The notes below the pieces were generated by a model. That model ran no database searches and was not told the DNA's origin. It saw only the letters and a program-made list of their open reading frames with translations. Of a stretch of DNA of 64,000 nucleotides, positions 48,418 through 57,094 are shown piece after piece. Source of the DNA: Capsulimonadaceae bacterium (GTDB lineage: Bacteria > Armatimonadota > Armatimonadia > Armatimonadales > Capsulimonadaceae); NCBI GenBank assembly GCA_965215505.1, contig OZ244065.1, positions 5,216,001-5,280,000 of the forward strand, in the 5' to 3' direction. The translations under genes were made by a program, and so were the position numbers. The number at the start of each line of letters is the position of its first letter. The first letter of the stretch is position 1.

Positions 48418-48851
48418 GCTGAAGCGCTACGGGCGAAGTCTTCGCTCAGAAAGGGAGCCGGCCATGCCGTTCCCATCCAATGTGTCCCGGCCCTCGCCGC
48501 CGGCATGCCTCCCCTGCTCGCCGCCGCACTCCCCCGCCCACTCGCCCGCCGACCGGCAGGCCGCCGCTCCGCTATCCGTGTGAGATGGGCGGCAGCCGGG
48601 AACCGCCAGCACTTCCAGTGCCGATGCTTCCATTCCTGATTAGGCAGGATTACGCGGGCCGTCCGTGGAACATTCGCGATCATGAGATCTTCCACAGGCC
48701 TCGGCCTGTCCAGCCTCCCCGTGGGTGCGGCTCTAGCCCCCCGGCCACCGTCGCGGGCAGACGCCGCGCCCGGCCTGTCGCCCGCCGCTCCGACGTTGTT
48801 CAGCCATTGACCCGCCGCCCCGCGCGGCAGACACCCAGAAAGAGTACTACC

Positions 48852-50477
48852 ATGAACCAAGCCAAGACTTTCGGCGCGACAGCGAGCCTGCTGTGGCTCC
48901 TCACCGGTGCCGGACAGGCCCAGCAGACCCCGGCCGCCCCCGCCCCGCCGGCCGCGCCCGACTACACGGCGCGCATCCTGACGCCCCCCGCGCCCGCCAC
49001 GCCGCGCATCAACGGGGCCGGCGTCTACGGTGAGCGGCCCGGCAGCCCGTTCCTTTACACCATCCCCGCCACCGGAGTCCGCCCCATGACGTTCTCCGCC
49101 CGTGGCCTGCCCAAAAGGTTGACCCTCGACCCGCAGACCGGGATCATCAGCGGAGTCGCCGCCACCGCAGGCGAGTCCAGCGTCCGGCTGACGGCGCGCA
49201 ACTCGCTCGGCACTAGTACCAGGACTCTGAAAATCGTCATCGGCGACAAGATCGCACTGACGCCGCCCCTCGGCTGGAATAGCTGGAACTCCTGGGCCGG
49301 CTCGGTAGACCAGGACAAGGTCCTGCGCTCGGCCCGCGTGCTGGTTTCGTCGGGCCTGATCAACCACGGCTGGAACTACGTCAACATTGACGACACCTGG
49401 CAGGGCGAGCGCACCGGCCCCGGCCACGCGCTTCAGGCGAACGCAAAATTCCCCGACATGAAGGGCCTGTGCGATCAGCTGCACGGCATGGGGCTGAAAG
49501 CCGGCATCTACTCGACTCCCTGGGTCACTTCCTACGCCGGCTATCCCGGCGGCTCCAGCGATGACCCGGCGGGGGCGTGGACGAAGGCGCAGGCCAATGA
49601 CCAGAACCACCACATCGCGCAGTACCGCTTCGACGAGGCCGACGCCAAACAGTGGGCCGCTTGGGGCTTCGACTACCTTAAGTACGACTGGAACCCCAAT
49701 GACACGGACAGCACCGCACGGATGGAGCAGGCCCTGCAAAAGAGCGGGCGCGACATCCCGTTGAGCCTTTCCAACTCCGCCCCGTTTGAACACGCCACGG
49801 ACTGGACCCGGCTCGCGAACGCCTGGCGCACCACGGGCGACATCGCCGACAGTTGGGGCCGCCCCCGCACCCGCTGGCAGCAGGGCATGGGGCAGATCGC
49901 CTTCTCCCAGGACCGCTGGGCACCCTTCTCCGGCCCCGGCCACTGGAACGACCCGGACATGCTCGTCCTGGGCACCGTCAGCCTGGCACAGCCGATGCAC
50001 CAGACCCACCTGACGGCGGACGAGCAGTACACGCACATCACGATGTGGAGCCTGCTCTCGGCCCCCATGCTCATCGGCTGCGACCTGGAAAAGCTCGACC
50101 CGTTCACCCTCAGCCTGCTCACGAACGATGAAGTCCTCGCCATAGACCAGGACGCGCTCGGCAAAGGGGCGGTCAAAGTCTCCGGGCCTGCCTTCACCGT
50201 CCCGCCGTATGGCGCTCCCCCCCAGGACAACCCCGGCGGCAACGCCATGGTCTATTCTAAGCCGCTGGAAGACGGCACCCTGGCCGTCGGCCTGTTCAAC
50301 GTCGGCCCCCAGGAGATGACCGTCACCGTCGGCTTCGCCGACCTGAAGCTGACCGGCCGCCAGCGCGTGCGCGACCTGTGGCGTCAGAAGGACCTCGGGG
50401 ACTTCCAGGGCAGCTACAGCGCCGCCGTGCCGTCGCACGGCACGGTGCTGGTCAAGATCGGCACCCCGCGCCGCTAG
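48852..50477 (+). CDS. Secreted alpha-galactosidase (GH27) with Ig-like (He_PIG) domain
   Basis: LTPPLGWNSWN, YVNIDDTWQG, GFDYLKYDW, WRTTGDI, WNDPDML; signal peptide. Confidence 0.93.
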   Translation: MNQAKTFGATASLLWLLTGAGQAQQTPAAPAPPAAPDYTARILTPPAPATPRINGAGVYGERPGSPFLYTIPATGVRPMTFSARGLPKRLTLDPQTGIISGVAATAGESSVRLTARNSLGTSTRTLKIVIGDKIALTPPLGWNSWNSWAGSVDQDKVLRSARVLVSSGLINHGWNYVNIDDTWQGERTGPGHALQANAKFPDMKGLCDQLHGMGLKAGIYSTPWVTSYAGYPGGSSDDPAGAWTKAQANDQNHHIAQYRFDEADAKQWAAWGFDYLKYDWNPNDTDSTARMEQALQKSGRDIPLSLSNSAPFEHATDWTRLANAWRTTGDIADSWGRPRTRWQQGMGQIAFSQDRWAPFSGPGHWNDPDMLVLGTVSLAQPMHQTHLTADEQYTHITMWSLLSAPMLIGCDLEKLDPFTLSLLTNDEVLAIDQDALGKGAVKVSGPAFTVPPYGAPPQDNPGGNAMVYSKPLEDGTLAVGLFNVGPQEMTVTVGFADLKLTGRQRVRDLWRQKDLGDFQGSYSAAVPSHGTVLVKIGTPRR

Positions 50478-50495
50478 AGCGGGAAGGGGTACTGC

Positions 50496-50825
50496 ATGTC
50501 CCATCACATGACCATCGCCGAAGCACTGGAGCAGGCGGGGCGGAAACTGGAAGAGCGGTACGGGAATGGCCCGATCCCTGTCACGGAGTTGCGGCAAGAG
50601 GCGGCAAGACTGGGTGGGCATCAAGAGGAGAGCATCCTCCCCTCTGACTTCTGCTATAACCGGACCAACCTAGGCATTTCACCCGCCGTTAAGCCTCTCT
50701 TCATTCAAGAGGGCCGGGGCCACTACCGGTACGTCGGCGCAAATCACCCCTACAGCGGGCCGGTCTTTCATAAAGCAAAGGGGCAGGCAGAGCGCCAGGT
50801 GGGGGATCGGAATCTAGACCGCTAG
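50496..50825 (+). CDS. Hypothetical protein (SILPSDFCYNRTN motif)
   Basis: 109-aa ORF with GGAAGGGG RBS; motif recognised but function unknown. Confidence 0.6.
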   Translation: MSHHMTIAEALEQAGRKLEERYGNGPIPVTELRQEAARLGGHQEESILPSDFCYNRTNLGISPAVKPLFIQEGRGHYRYVGANHPYSGPVFHKAKGQAERQVGDRNLDR

Positions 50826-52069
50826 ACCCGCCCGAACACGAGGCAGGCGTTGATGCCGCCGAAGCCGAAGGAGTTGGACAGGATGTAATCCACGCGCTTC
50901 GTGCGGCCCTCGCGCTCCCGAATATAGTCCAGGTCGCAGGCCGGGTCAGGCTCCGAGAGGTTCAGCGTCGGCGGCAGCCAGTCGTCGCGCAGGCAGAGCA
51001 GCGAGATCGCCGCCTCCCAGGCCCCCGTCGCGCCCAGGGCGTGGCCGTGAAAGCCTTTGGTGCCGCTGATGGGGAGGGAGTAGGCCGATTCGCCGAATAC
51101 CTGCTTCAAAGCCAGCGTTTCGGTGCTGTCGTTGAGCGACGTGCTGGACCCGTGCGCGTTGACATAACCGACCTCGCCTGGCGTGACGTGCGCCCGCTCC
51201 AGGGCCAGTGCCATGCAGCGCGCGGCCTGTGCTCCATCCGCCCGTGGCTGGGTCATGTGGTAGGCGTCATTGGTGAAGGCGTGAGACAGGATTTCACCGT
51301 AAACCCGTGCCCCGCGCGCCTGGGCGTGGTCCATCTCTTCCAAAACCAGCATGGCCGCGCCCTCCGCCATGACGAACCCGTCGCGGTCCTTGTCGAAGGG
51401 GCGAGAAGCCGTCTGCGGATCGTCGTTGCGCTGGCTCATGGCCCGGATGATGGCGAACGCACCGTAGCAGAGCGGAGACAACGGCGCTTCGGAACCGCCC
51501 GCCAGCATCAGGTCGGCGCTGCCGTCCCGGATCAAATCCACGGCCCGCCCGATGGCGATGGGCGAGGCGGCGCACGAGTCGCCGTTGGCCGTCGCCGGGC
51601 CGGTGACGCCCAACTCGATGGCGACGTTGCACGACCCCGCCCCGTTGAAGACGCTCAGAGCCAGCATCGGGTTGACCCCGCGCGGCCCGTGCGCCAGGAA
51701 GGCCGGGTACTGCTCCTCGGCAAACCCGACGCCCCCCAGGGCGGTGCCCAGGCAGACGCCCACGCGGTCGCGGTCCTCGATACGGAGGTCCAGCCCCGCG
51801 TCCGCGACTGCCATTTTTGAGGCGGCGACGGCGAACTGCGAGAACTTGTCCAGCCGCTTCAGCTTCTTACCGTCTAAGTAAGGCGTAGGATCAAAGCCCT
51901 TTACCTGTGCGGCGATGTGGGTGACGAACGGGGACGTGTCGAAGTGAGTCACCGTGCCCACGGCGGATCGGCCCGCCCGCAGGCCCGCCCGCAGCCCGTC
52001 CACGCCCACGCCGATGGGCGTGATGATGCCCAGCCCTGTCACTACTACACGCCGTGTCATTTTGCTCAT
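50822..52069 (-). CDS. Beta-ketoacyl-ACP synthase II-like ketosynthase
   Basis: RRVVVTGLG, DSCAAS (Cys), NAHGSST and GHALGA (His-His), SNSFGFGG. Confidence 0.92.
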   Translation of the reverse strand: MSKMTRRVVVTGLGIITPIGVGVDGLRAGLRAGRSAVGTVTHFDTSPFVTHIAAQVKGFDPTPYLDGKKLKRLDKFSQFAVAASKMAVADAGLDLRIEDRDRVGVCLGTALGGVGFAEEQYPAFLAHGPRGVNPMLALSVFNGAGSCNVAIELGVTGPATANGDSCAASPIAIGRAVDLIRDGSADLMLAGGSEAPLSPLCYGAFAIIRAMSQRNDDPQTASRPFDKDRDGFVMAEGAAMLVLEEMDHAQARGARVYGEILSHAFTNDAYHMTQPRADGAQAARCMALALERAHVTPGEVGYVNAHGSSTSLNDSTETLALKQVFGESAYSLPISGTKGFHGHALGATGAWEAAISLLCLRDDWLPPTLNLSEPDPACDLDYIREREGRTKRVDYILSNSFGFGGINACLVFGRV

Positions 52070-52085
52070 AACCTCATCTTATCCG

Positions 52086-53123
52086 CTAGGCTGGGCGATC
52101 CGGGACCGGGCAATCTGCCAGGCTATCAAGCAACATGCTCGCACAAGCCTCATACCAGTGGCTGGGAACGATGCCCCGGTCTGAGGCATACATGCCCGCG
52201 TGATTAATAGCGTCGCCGGGCGCCTGCAAGTTGTTGCCGGATATCTGAATCGCAATCGTTCCCGCAGGCAGGGGAGTCACGATCTTCTCCTCGACATAAG
52301 CGGATCGAGCCGCACAGGCGGCCGCAAGAAGGCAGTAGCGCTCCGAGGCCGGCAGGTCGTTAACAGGCTTGCCGTCGTCGCCGTGTCGCCGACCGCTCTT
52401 AACAGTGTCTTCCGCATGGGTGTAAAAAGCAGACCATTCCTGCGGTTCGGCCTTGCCGCCCGCCGACCAACGCCGATACAGGGCCAGAACGTCTCGTACT
52501 GCCTTCAAGGCCGTGTCGCTCTCGTTGACCTGTGCGCCCGCATTTTCACGACCGGCGTTCTGAGTGGCAGCGCCTCCCGCCGCATCATTCCGGCCCAGTA
52601 TGCCGTGGGTGGGGTCGGACAGCGCCCACAAAACCAGCCACATCGGTGCCTGCCATAGACTTGCGCCGACCGGAACCGCCGCCCAGAATTGTTTCAGCCA
52701 GGGAATCTGCCGCTCCGGCGTCAAGCCTTTGGAAACTGCTCTGAGAACGCTCACCAAGGTAGGCGGAACCCCCAGCAGAGTGTTGAAGGCATTATCAACG
52801 GAATAACCGGCGACATAAATGCGTTGTTCAGAACCGCCATCAAGCAACAAGAGCAGACGCTGATCAACGGCACCCAGTGCGTACAAGGTGGACACGTCTC
52901 CGCTGATACATATCTCAGCGATGTCCTTCATTCGCACGATTTTTGGGTAAGGATTCAGGACGGTCCCGTGCTGCGCTCGCCTGTTCCACAGTTCTTGGAG
53001 CAGCATCGTCTTCAGCCCGGCGTCGCCCTGAGCCTCATACCACTGCATGCGCTCGAGTACTCTAACCTTCATTTCTGCATCGCCATGGAAGGCTATCATC
53101 CCTGAGTCATCAGGCAACATCAT
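52086..53123 (-). CDS. Hypothetical protein (lower GC) inserted in the operon
   Basis: 345-aa ORF; MIAFHGD...K N-terminus and W..QFWAAVPVGASL segment. Confidence 0.7.
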   Translation of the reverse strand: MMLPDDSGMIAFHGDAEMKVRVLERMQWYEAQGDAGLKTMLLQELWNRRAQHGTVLNPYPKIVRMKDIAEICISGDVSTLYALGAVDQRLLLLLDGGSEQRIYVAGYSVDNAFNTLLGVPPTLVSVLRAVSKGLTPERQIPWLKQFWAAVPVGASLWQAPMWLVLWALSDPTHGILGRNDAAGGAATQNAGRENAGAQVNESDTALKAVRDVLALYRRWSAGGKAEPQEWSAFYTHAEDTVKSGRRHGDDGKPVNDLPASERYCLLAAACAARSAYVEEKIVTPLPAGTIAIQISGNNLQAPGDAINHAGMYASDRGIVPSHWYEACASMLLDSLADCPVPDRPA

Positions 53124-53610
53124 TTGTATGACCTCAAACCGTCCCGTTCCACAACTTGCTTGATCGTCGCCAGCGTCCGCCCCGCAATCGCATGGACGAA
53201 CTGATCCCCACCATGTCCCGCGCGAACCAGCCGTTCAGGAAGCCAAAAGAGTAGGTCAGGTCATGGCCGATCGTGACCTTGACGCCGCGCCCCCAGGGGT
53301 CGTCTTCCAGCGACCAGACCACCCACATCCCCGTCGCGACCCCGGCCGTATGCTTGAAATAGATGCGCCCCGCGCCCGGCTCGCAGACCTGAACGCTGCG
53401 CCAGCGCACGGGGAATGTGAGGCCCGGCAGGGGGAAGTCGGCCCGCCCGGCGGCCATTTCCACGACCTTGCGACTGCCGTCGTCCGTCCGCTCGAAGACG
53501 ATCACCTCCCGGTAGTGCGGCAGCAGGGTCGGCCAGTCCTGGATGTCGGCGGCGAGTTGGAAGATGCGTGACTTCGGCCCGCGCATATAAACGGTGTTCT
53601 CGGTGTGCAT
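53120..53610 (-). CDS. SRPBCC/polyketide cyclase-family protein, frameshifted near the C-terminus
   Basis: IFQLAADIQDWPTLLPHY...GMWVVW; one extra G at run 53206-53209 restores DQFVHAIAGRTLATIKQVVE and an ATGA overlap with the next gene. Confidence 0.8.
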
Positions 53611-53613
53611 GGT

Positions 53614-54831
53614 TTACAGAGAGGGCAGGGCGAGGCGGAGCGTGGAACAAGAGAACAGATCGGCGGGCCTTGCCAGGTCGCCGACTGTCCGCAGCAGCAC
53701 CTCCGTCAGAGGCTCGGATCGCCGCAGCCGCCCCGAAGCCCAGCCCAGCAGGACAGGGGAATGGACGACGCGCTGCACGGCGTCACACAGCCGGTAGCGC
53801 GGCAGCAGCTCGGCCCGCCGTGCGGCGTCGTAGCTCTGAAGGCAGCGGCGGCTGACATCGCCACGCGCCAGCGCCGCACCGATGGTCCGGGCCGCGAGCT
53901 GCGCCCCGCGCAAGGCGAAGAAAACCCCCTCGCCGGTGAAGGGGCTGATAAAGGTCGCCGCGTCGCCGACCAGAGCCGCGCCGTCGTCCGAGGCGCGCGT
54001 CGTCCAATGGCCGAAGCAGCCGACGCTCCGCAAAGGGCCGGCGGGGGCGGCCTCCCGGACCCACTCCCAGACTGCGGGGAAAGACACGCGCAGGCGCTCC
54101 TCGAAATATGCCTGACGCCGCCCCGCCATGCGCGCGGCCTCGGCCATGGGGACGACGATGTTGACGTTGCGCGTCCCCTCCGACCCGCAGGCCGCGCCGA
54201 CTCCGCAGCAGGCGTCGGACCGGTCACGCGGCAGGTGCATGGTGACGGAAGCATCCCAGGAGGCACTGTCGGCGTGGTAATGCATCACAAGCGCGAGCCG
54301 CTGGAGGCGCGGGATGGGCCGGACGACCCCCATCTCGCGCGCCAGCAGGGAGCGCGTCCCGTCCGCGCCGACCGTCACCTGGGCGCGGAACTCCTGTTCC
54401 GCACCGTCCGGGTGCAGCCCCACCGCCCCACAAATGCTGCCGCTGTGGCGCAGGATGCGTCGGACGTTGACGCCTTCAATGACGCGCGCCCCCGCCTCTT
54501 CCGCCGCGTCCCGCAGCACCTTGTCGGTGATGGTGCGCGGGCAGGCCAGGGCATCCGTCGGCCCGCTGAACGCCTTCGCCCGGTGGGGAACCACCGTCTC
54601 CCGCGTCAGCCGCGCCGCGCCGCCCGCCATCAGGCCGGGCAGGACGCCCAACTCGTCCCGCAGCAGGCCCACCGCGCCGGGCGTCAGGTACTCGCCGCAG
54701 GGCTTGTCGCGCGGGAAGGCCGCCCGGTCCAGCAAGGTGACGTCATAGCCCGCGCGGGCCAGGAAAAGGGCCGTGGCCGAACCCGCTGGCCCGGCCCCGA
54801 TCACGAGAACGTCTGAGGTGATGACGGACAA
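53614..54831 (-). CDS. FAD-dependent oxidoreductase (geranylgeranyl reductase/monooxygenase-like)
   Basis: VIGAGPAGS, FPRDKPCGE, GADG, VGDAATFISPFTGEG. Confidence 0.9.
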   Translation of the reverse strand: MSVITSDVLVIGAGPAGSATALFLARAGYDVTLLDRAAFPRDKPCGEYLTPGAVGLLRDELGVLPGLMAGGAARLTRETVVPHRAKAFSGPTDALACPRTITDKVLRDAAEEAGARVIEGVNVRRILRHSGSICGAVGLHPDGAEQEFRAQVTVGADGTRSLLAREMGVVRPIPRLQRLALVMHYHADSASWDASVTMHLPRDRSDACCGVGAACGSEGTRNVNIVVPMAEAARMAGRRQAYFEERLRVSFPAVWEWVREAAPAGPLRSVGCFGHWTTRASDDGAALVGDAATFISPFTGEGVFFALRGAQLAARTIGAALARGDVSRRCLQSYDAARRAELLPRYRLCDAVQRVVHSPVLLGWASGRLRRSEPLTEVLLRTVGDLARPADLFSCSTLRLALPSL

Positions 54832-54870
54832 AAAGAACAGCCGATCTAAGCGCCGAGTGCTGCTATGGTT

Positions 54871-55569
54871 CTACCCGTTCTTGTCCTGGACTAAAGCGAC
54901 TCGGAAATACCAGTGCGCGTGTACCCGGACATTCGGGACGCCCGCCAGCCCGACCATCTTGCGGTACTCCGGCGGCGTGAAGGCGCGGCGGACGCTGGCG
55001 GGGGCATCGTGGCGGGTGAAGGGGTGGACGTTCAGGGCGGCCATGGAAGCCTGCACCCCCCAGAGGGTCGGGCGGTCGCGCCGCAGGTCGCTGACCACGA
55101 AGCCGCGCGTCGTGACCGCGTCCATGACGGACAGCAGCCGTGCGGACGCCTCGAAGCCGAGGTGGTGGAAAGCCAGCGCGCATAGCGCGAGGTGGAAGGA
55201 GCGCGGCGCGAAGGGCAGGGCCAGCGCGTCGGCCTGGACCAGAGACACGTCCGGCGCGGTTTCCCGCGCCATCCTTAACATCCCGGCGTGGTTGTCCACG
55301 GCAACAACCGTCAGGTCCAGGCCGCGCTTTTCGCCCCAGTCCAGCAGGGCGCGCGGGATGTCCCCCGACCCGGTGGCGATGTCCAGGATGCGGACGCTGC
55401 CCCCTGGGGGGACGTCCCGCAGAAGCCGGGCGACGTGATGAACGACCGTCTGCGTGCCGCCGAACAGCCGGTTCGTCAGCGCGACATCCCGCATGGAGCG
55501 TTCGAGTTCTGCGAACGGCTGGGCCGGGTCGTCAATGTCTTCCGGCTCATCCACGCGGGCAAGGGTCAT
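54871..55569 (-). CDS. SAM-dependent methyltransferase
   Basis: E.IDDP, NRLFGG, ILDIATGSGD, FHH, SDLRR, HDAPASVRRAFT. Confidence 0.88.
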   Translation of the reverse strand: MTLARVDEPEDIDDPAQPFAELERSMRDVALTNRLFGGTQTVVHHVARLLRDVPPGGSVRILDIATGSGDIPRALLDWGEKRGLDLTVVAVDNHAGMLRMARETAPDVSLVQADALALPFAPRSFHLALCALAFHHLGFEASARLLSVMDAVTTRGFVVSDLRRDRPTLWGVQASMAALNVHPFTRHDAPASVRRAFTPPEYRKMVGLAGVPNVRVHAHWYFRVALVQDKNG

Positions 55570-55576
55570 CCACGAC

Positions 55577-56872
55577 TCAAGCCACGACATGCAAAGCCTC
55601 GGCCACGGCCTGCGCCGTCTCTTCCAGCAGGGCATCCGTGTGCGCCCCGCTGATGAACGCGGCCTCGAACTGCGATGGGGCGAAGTAAACGCCGCGTTCG
55701 AGCAAAGCGCGGAAGAAGGCCCCGTAACGCGCCGTGTCCGCCGTCTTGGCGCTCGCGAAGTCGATCACCTTGGCGTCGGTGAAGAACAGAGTCATCATCG
55801 AGCCGAGCCGGTTGATGCGGTGCGGGATGCCCAGCCGCGTCGCCGCCTCCTTGGTCCGGTGTGCCAGTGTGTGCATCCGGTGGTGCATGTCCGTGTACAG
55901 CGTCGCCTTCTGCTCATCCAGCATCGTGAGCTGCGCCAGACCCGCCGCCACGGCTAGAGGGTTCCCCGAAAGAGTCCCCGCCTGGTAGACCGGCCCGACC
56001 GGCGCGACCGTGTCCATGATGTCCGCCCGGCCCCCATAGGCGGCCAGCGGCAGGCCCCCGCCGATGATCTTGCCCAGCGCGGTCAGGTCCGGCGTGATGC
56101 CGAACAGCTCCTGCGCGCCGCCGTAGGCCAGCCGGAAGCCCGTGATCACCTCGTCGAACAGCAGAAGCGCCCCGTCCGCCCGCGTCAGGTCGCGCAGGGC
56201 GTGCAGGAAGTCCGCGCGGGGCGTCACCACGCCCATGTTGCCCGCCACGGGTTCCAGCATGACGCAGGCGACCTCGCCGCGGTGGGCCAGCATCGCCGCA
56301 CGCAAAGCCCCCGCGTCATTGTAGGGCAGAGTGAGCGTGTCCAGCGTGAGGTTCCTGGGGACGCCCGCCGAGTCCGGCAGATCAAACGTCGTCAGGCCCG
56401 ACCCCGCTTTCGCCAGAAACCCGTCCGAGTGCCCGTGATAGTTGCCTTCGAACTTGATGATCTTATCGCGCCTCGTGAAGCCGCGTGCCAGCCGGACCGC
56501 GCTCATCACGGCCTCCGTCCCCGAGCTGACCAGACGGACCTTCTCCACGGAAGGCACGGCGGCCACGATCTTCTGCGCCAGCCTGACCTCGGCTTCGGTG
56601 CTGGCCCCGAACGATGTCCCCCGTGCGGCAGCCTCCGTCACCGCCTGGATGATCCGGGGCGGCGCGTGGCCGAAGATCAAAGGCCCCCAGGACATCACAT
56701 GGTCAATGTAGCGGTTGCCGTCCACGTCGAAGATATACGGCCCCTCGCCGCGCTGCATGAACAGAGGGTCGCCGCCGACGCTTTTGAAGGCCCGGACGGG
56801 CGAATTGACGCCGCCGGGGATGACGCGCTGGGCCTCGGCGAAGAGCCGGGCGGAGTTTTTATGGGACTGCAT
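55577..56872 (-). CDS. hemL: Glutamate-1-semialdehyde 2,1-aminomutase
   Basis: PGGVNSPVRAF, SGTEA, FDEVITGFR, GKIIGGGLP, QAGTLSGNPLA. Confidence 0.97.
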   Translation of the reverse strand: MQSHKNSARLFAEAQRVIPGGVNSPVRAFKSVGGDPLFMQRGEGPYIFDVDGNRYIDHVMSWGPLIFGHAPPRIIQAVTEAAARGTSFGASTEAEVRLAQKIVAAVPSVEKVRLVSSGTEAVMSAVRLARGFTRRDKIIKFEGNYHGHSDGFLAKAGSGLTTFDLPDSAGVPRNLTLDTLTLPYNDAGALRAAMLAHRGEVACVMLEPVAGNMGVVTPRADFLHALRDLTRADGALLLFDEVITGFRLAYGGAQELFGITPDLTALGKIIGGGLPLAAYGGRADIMDTVAPVGPVYQAGTLSGNPLAVAAGLAQLTMLDEQKATLYTDMHHRMHTLAHRTKEAATRLGIPHRINRLGSMMTLFFTDAKVIDFASAKTADTARYGAFFRALLERGVYFAPSQFEAAFISGAHTDALLEETAQAVAEALHVVA

Positions 56873-57060
56873 GGGCTGAGTTTTCTAACCGACTTCTGTG
56901 GGGGCCGCAGGAATCGGGATGTTCGGCTGGCGATGACGTGTTCCCGTTCCACTCGCCGCCGGCACCTTGAGTGTTGTGCGGGGCCTCCGTGCCATGATGG
57001 CTACAGTATACCCGCCTTCCGTGTCACTCCGCCATGCCCGCCCTCGTCACACCGGCCGCT

Positions 57061-57087
57061 TCAAAAAGAGGCGCGTCCTGCCGATAT
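57061..57087 (+). promoter_or_regulatory. Putative sigma-28 promoter
   Basis: TCAA-N15-GCCGATAT ending 7 nt before ATG 57095. Confidence 0.6.
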
Positions 57088-57094
57088 ATCTAAC

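Noticed and set aside
48430-48850. Possible riboswitch/ncRNA or N-terminal extension upstream of GH27
   Set aside because: No cobalamin, TPP, SAM or c-di-GMP riboswitch core recognised on either strand; may be a gene remnant; the signal peptide starts at 48852
56885-56995. 36-aa minus-strand uORF ahead of hemL (MARRPRTTLKVPAASG...)
   Set aside because: Follows a TATACT box but has no RBS or recognisable features; cannot be told from chance
56201-57094. N-terminal extension of the listed 1007-aa ORF
   Set aside because: Antisense to hemL; the TM domain and promoter support a start at 57095
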